NCBI RefSeq assembly: GCF_036321535.1
Contig: NC_087437.1
Span: 3,038,001 to 3,102,000, forward strand
Length of the DNA stretch: 64,000 nt
Direction: 5' to 3'
Origin: Camelus dromedarius
Taxonomy: Eukaryota
This document shows positions 63,221-64,000 of the stretch, in pieces. The notes under the pieces are model-generated. The model saw only the letters and a list, made by a program, of their open reading frames with translations. It did not search any database and was not told where the DNA came from. Within the stretch, counting starts at the first letter, position 1; every line of letters begins with the position of its first letter. Made by a program: the position numbers and the translations under genes.

Positions 63221-64000
63221 AGGGACTATGTTATGTGCAGAAGACTGACTTCAACAAGAGTGTGCAACCCCTTCCAATCACAAACCTGGACATTCTGGTA
63301 AATGACTCTTGGTAAGACTTTGTGAAAGGACCATCATCTTCTTGGCTACAGCTCTGCCCAGGCCATACCCCCAGAAGAGAGTATCTCTTCTGTTTTTAAA
63401 CACCTTTTGAGAAGTGGAGTGCACAGTCATCCTAGGAGGTCGATGGGCTTTGAGTCACAGAAGCTTATTAGCACAGATGGTGTTCAACAGCTCTCAGTGG
63501 GGAGAGGAAGGGACATTCCAGGAGGGATCAGGGGCCAGTTTTGAGGATTTAATCCTTTGAATAGAGAATAACCCTGATGCAGCCTTGAGCTGGAATTAGA
63601 TTGCTTCTGTGCCAGACTTCTCCTGTGAATCTACCACAGGAGACTGGATACGGTACTGTCAGAGGAAACAGCTGACTTCTTTTACATCATGAGATCTTGG
63701 GGAATGGTGGAGAAGCATGAATGGAAATAGATTTATGTGAGTTGCAAGATTTCAGCCCCAGTTACACACAGCCTTACTCATCCAACCTCCTGTATTGTTC
63801 CATACTCCCTTCCTTCACGTCACTTAATCATATTTTTGCCTCTTGGATAATCTCACACTCTGGTTTGCACTCACTGACAGACCCAAACACTGAGTCTGTC
63901 TGCGTTTTACACAAACACACACACACCCCCTTATACACTTACAGGTCCAATTCATAGTTAACTCTGGTTAGTGAGCTTATTCCCAATTGAAGCTGATTCA

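Overview
This is mammalian (eutherian) genomic DNA, most likely camelid, inferred from tRNA-derived Vic-1-like SINEs and artiodactyl-type L1 3' ends. The only recognisable host coding sequence is one 180-nt coding exon (48560-48739, + strand) encoding the N-terminal 60 aa of Copine-4 (CPNE4), with canonical AG and GT splice sites. The window is therefore most likely the two large introns flanking the first coding exon. The rest is a dense, layered transposon landscape: young and old LINE-1, HAL1, L2, MIR, SINEs, Tigger and hAT DNA transposons, and ERV/MaLR LTRs. Several nested insertions have target-site duplications (TSDs) that can be read directly. The most unusual item is a TSD-flanked, poly(A)-ended, ORF1-only L1 derivative (5962-10776, later split by a young L1) that looks like a lineage-specific half-L1 retroposon. 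I found no convincing new protein-coding system. Repeat family names come from remembered consensus sequences, not a database search. Boundaries of old repeats are approximate.
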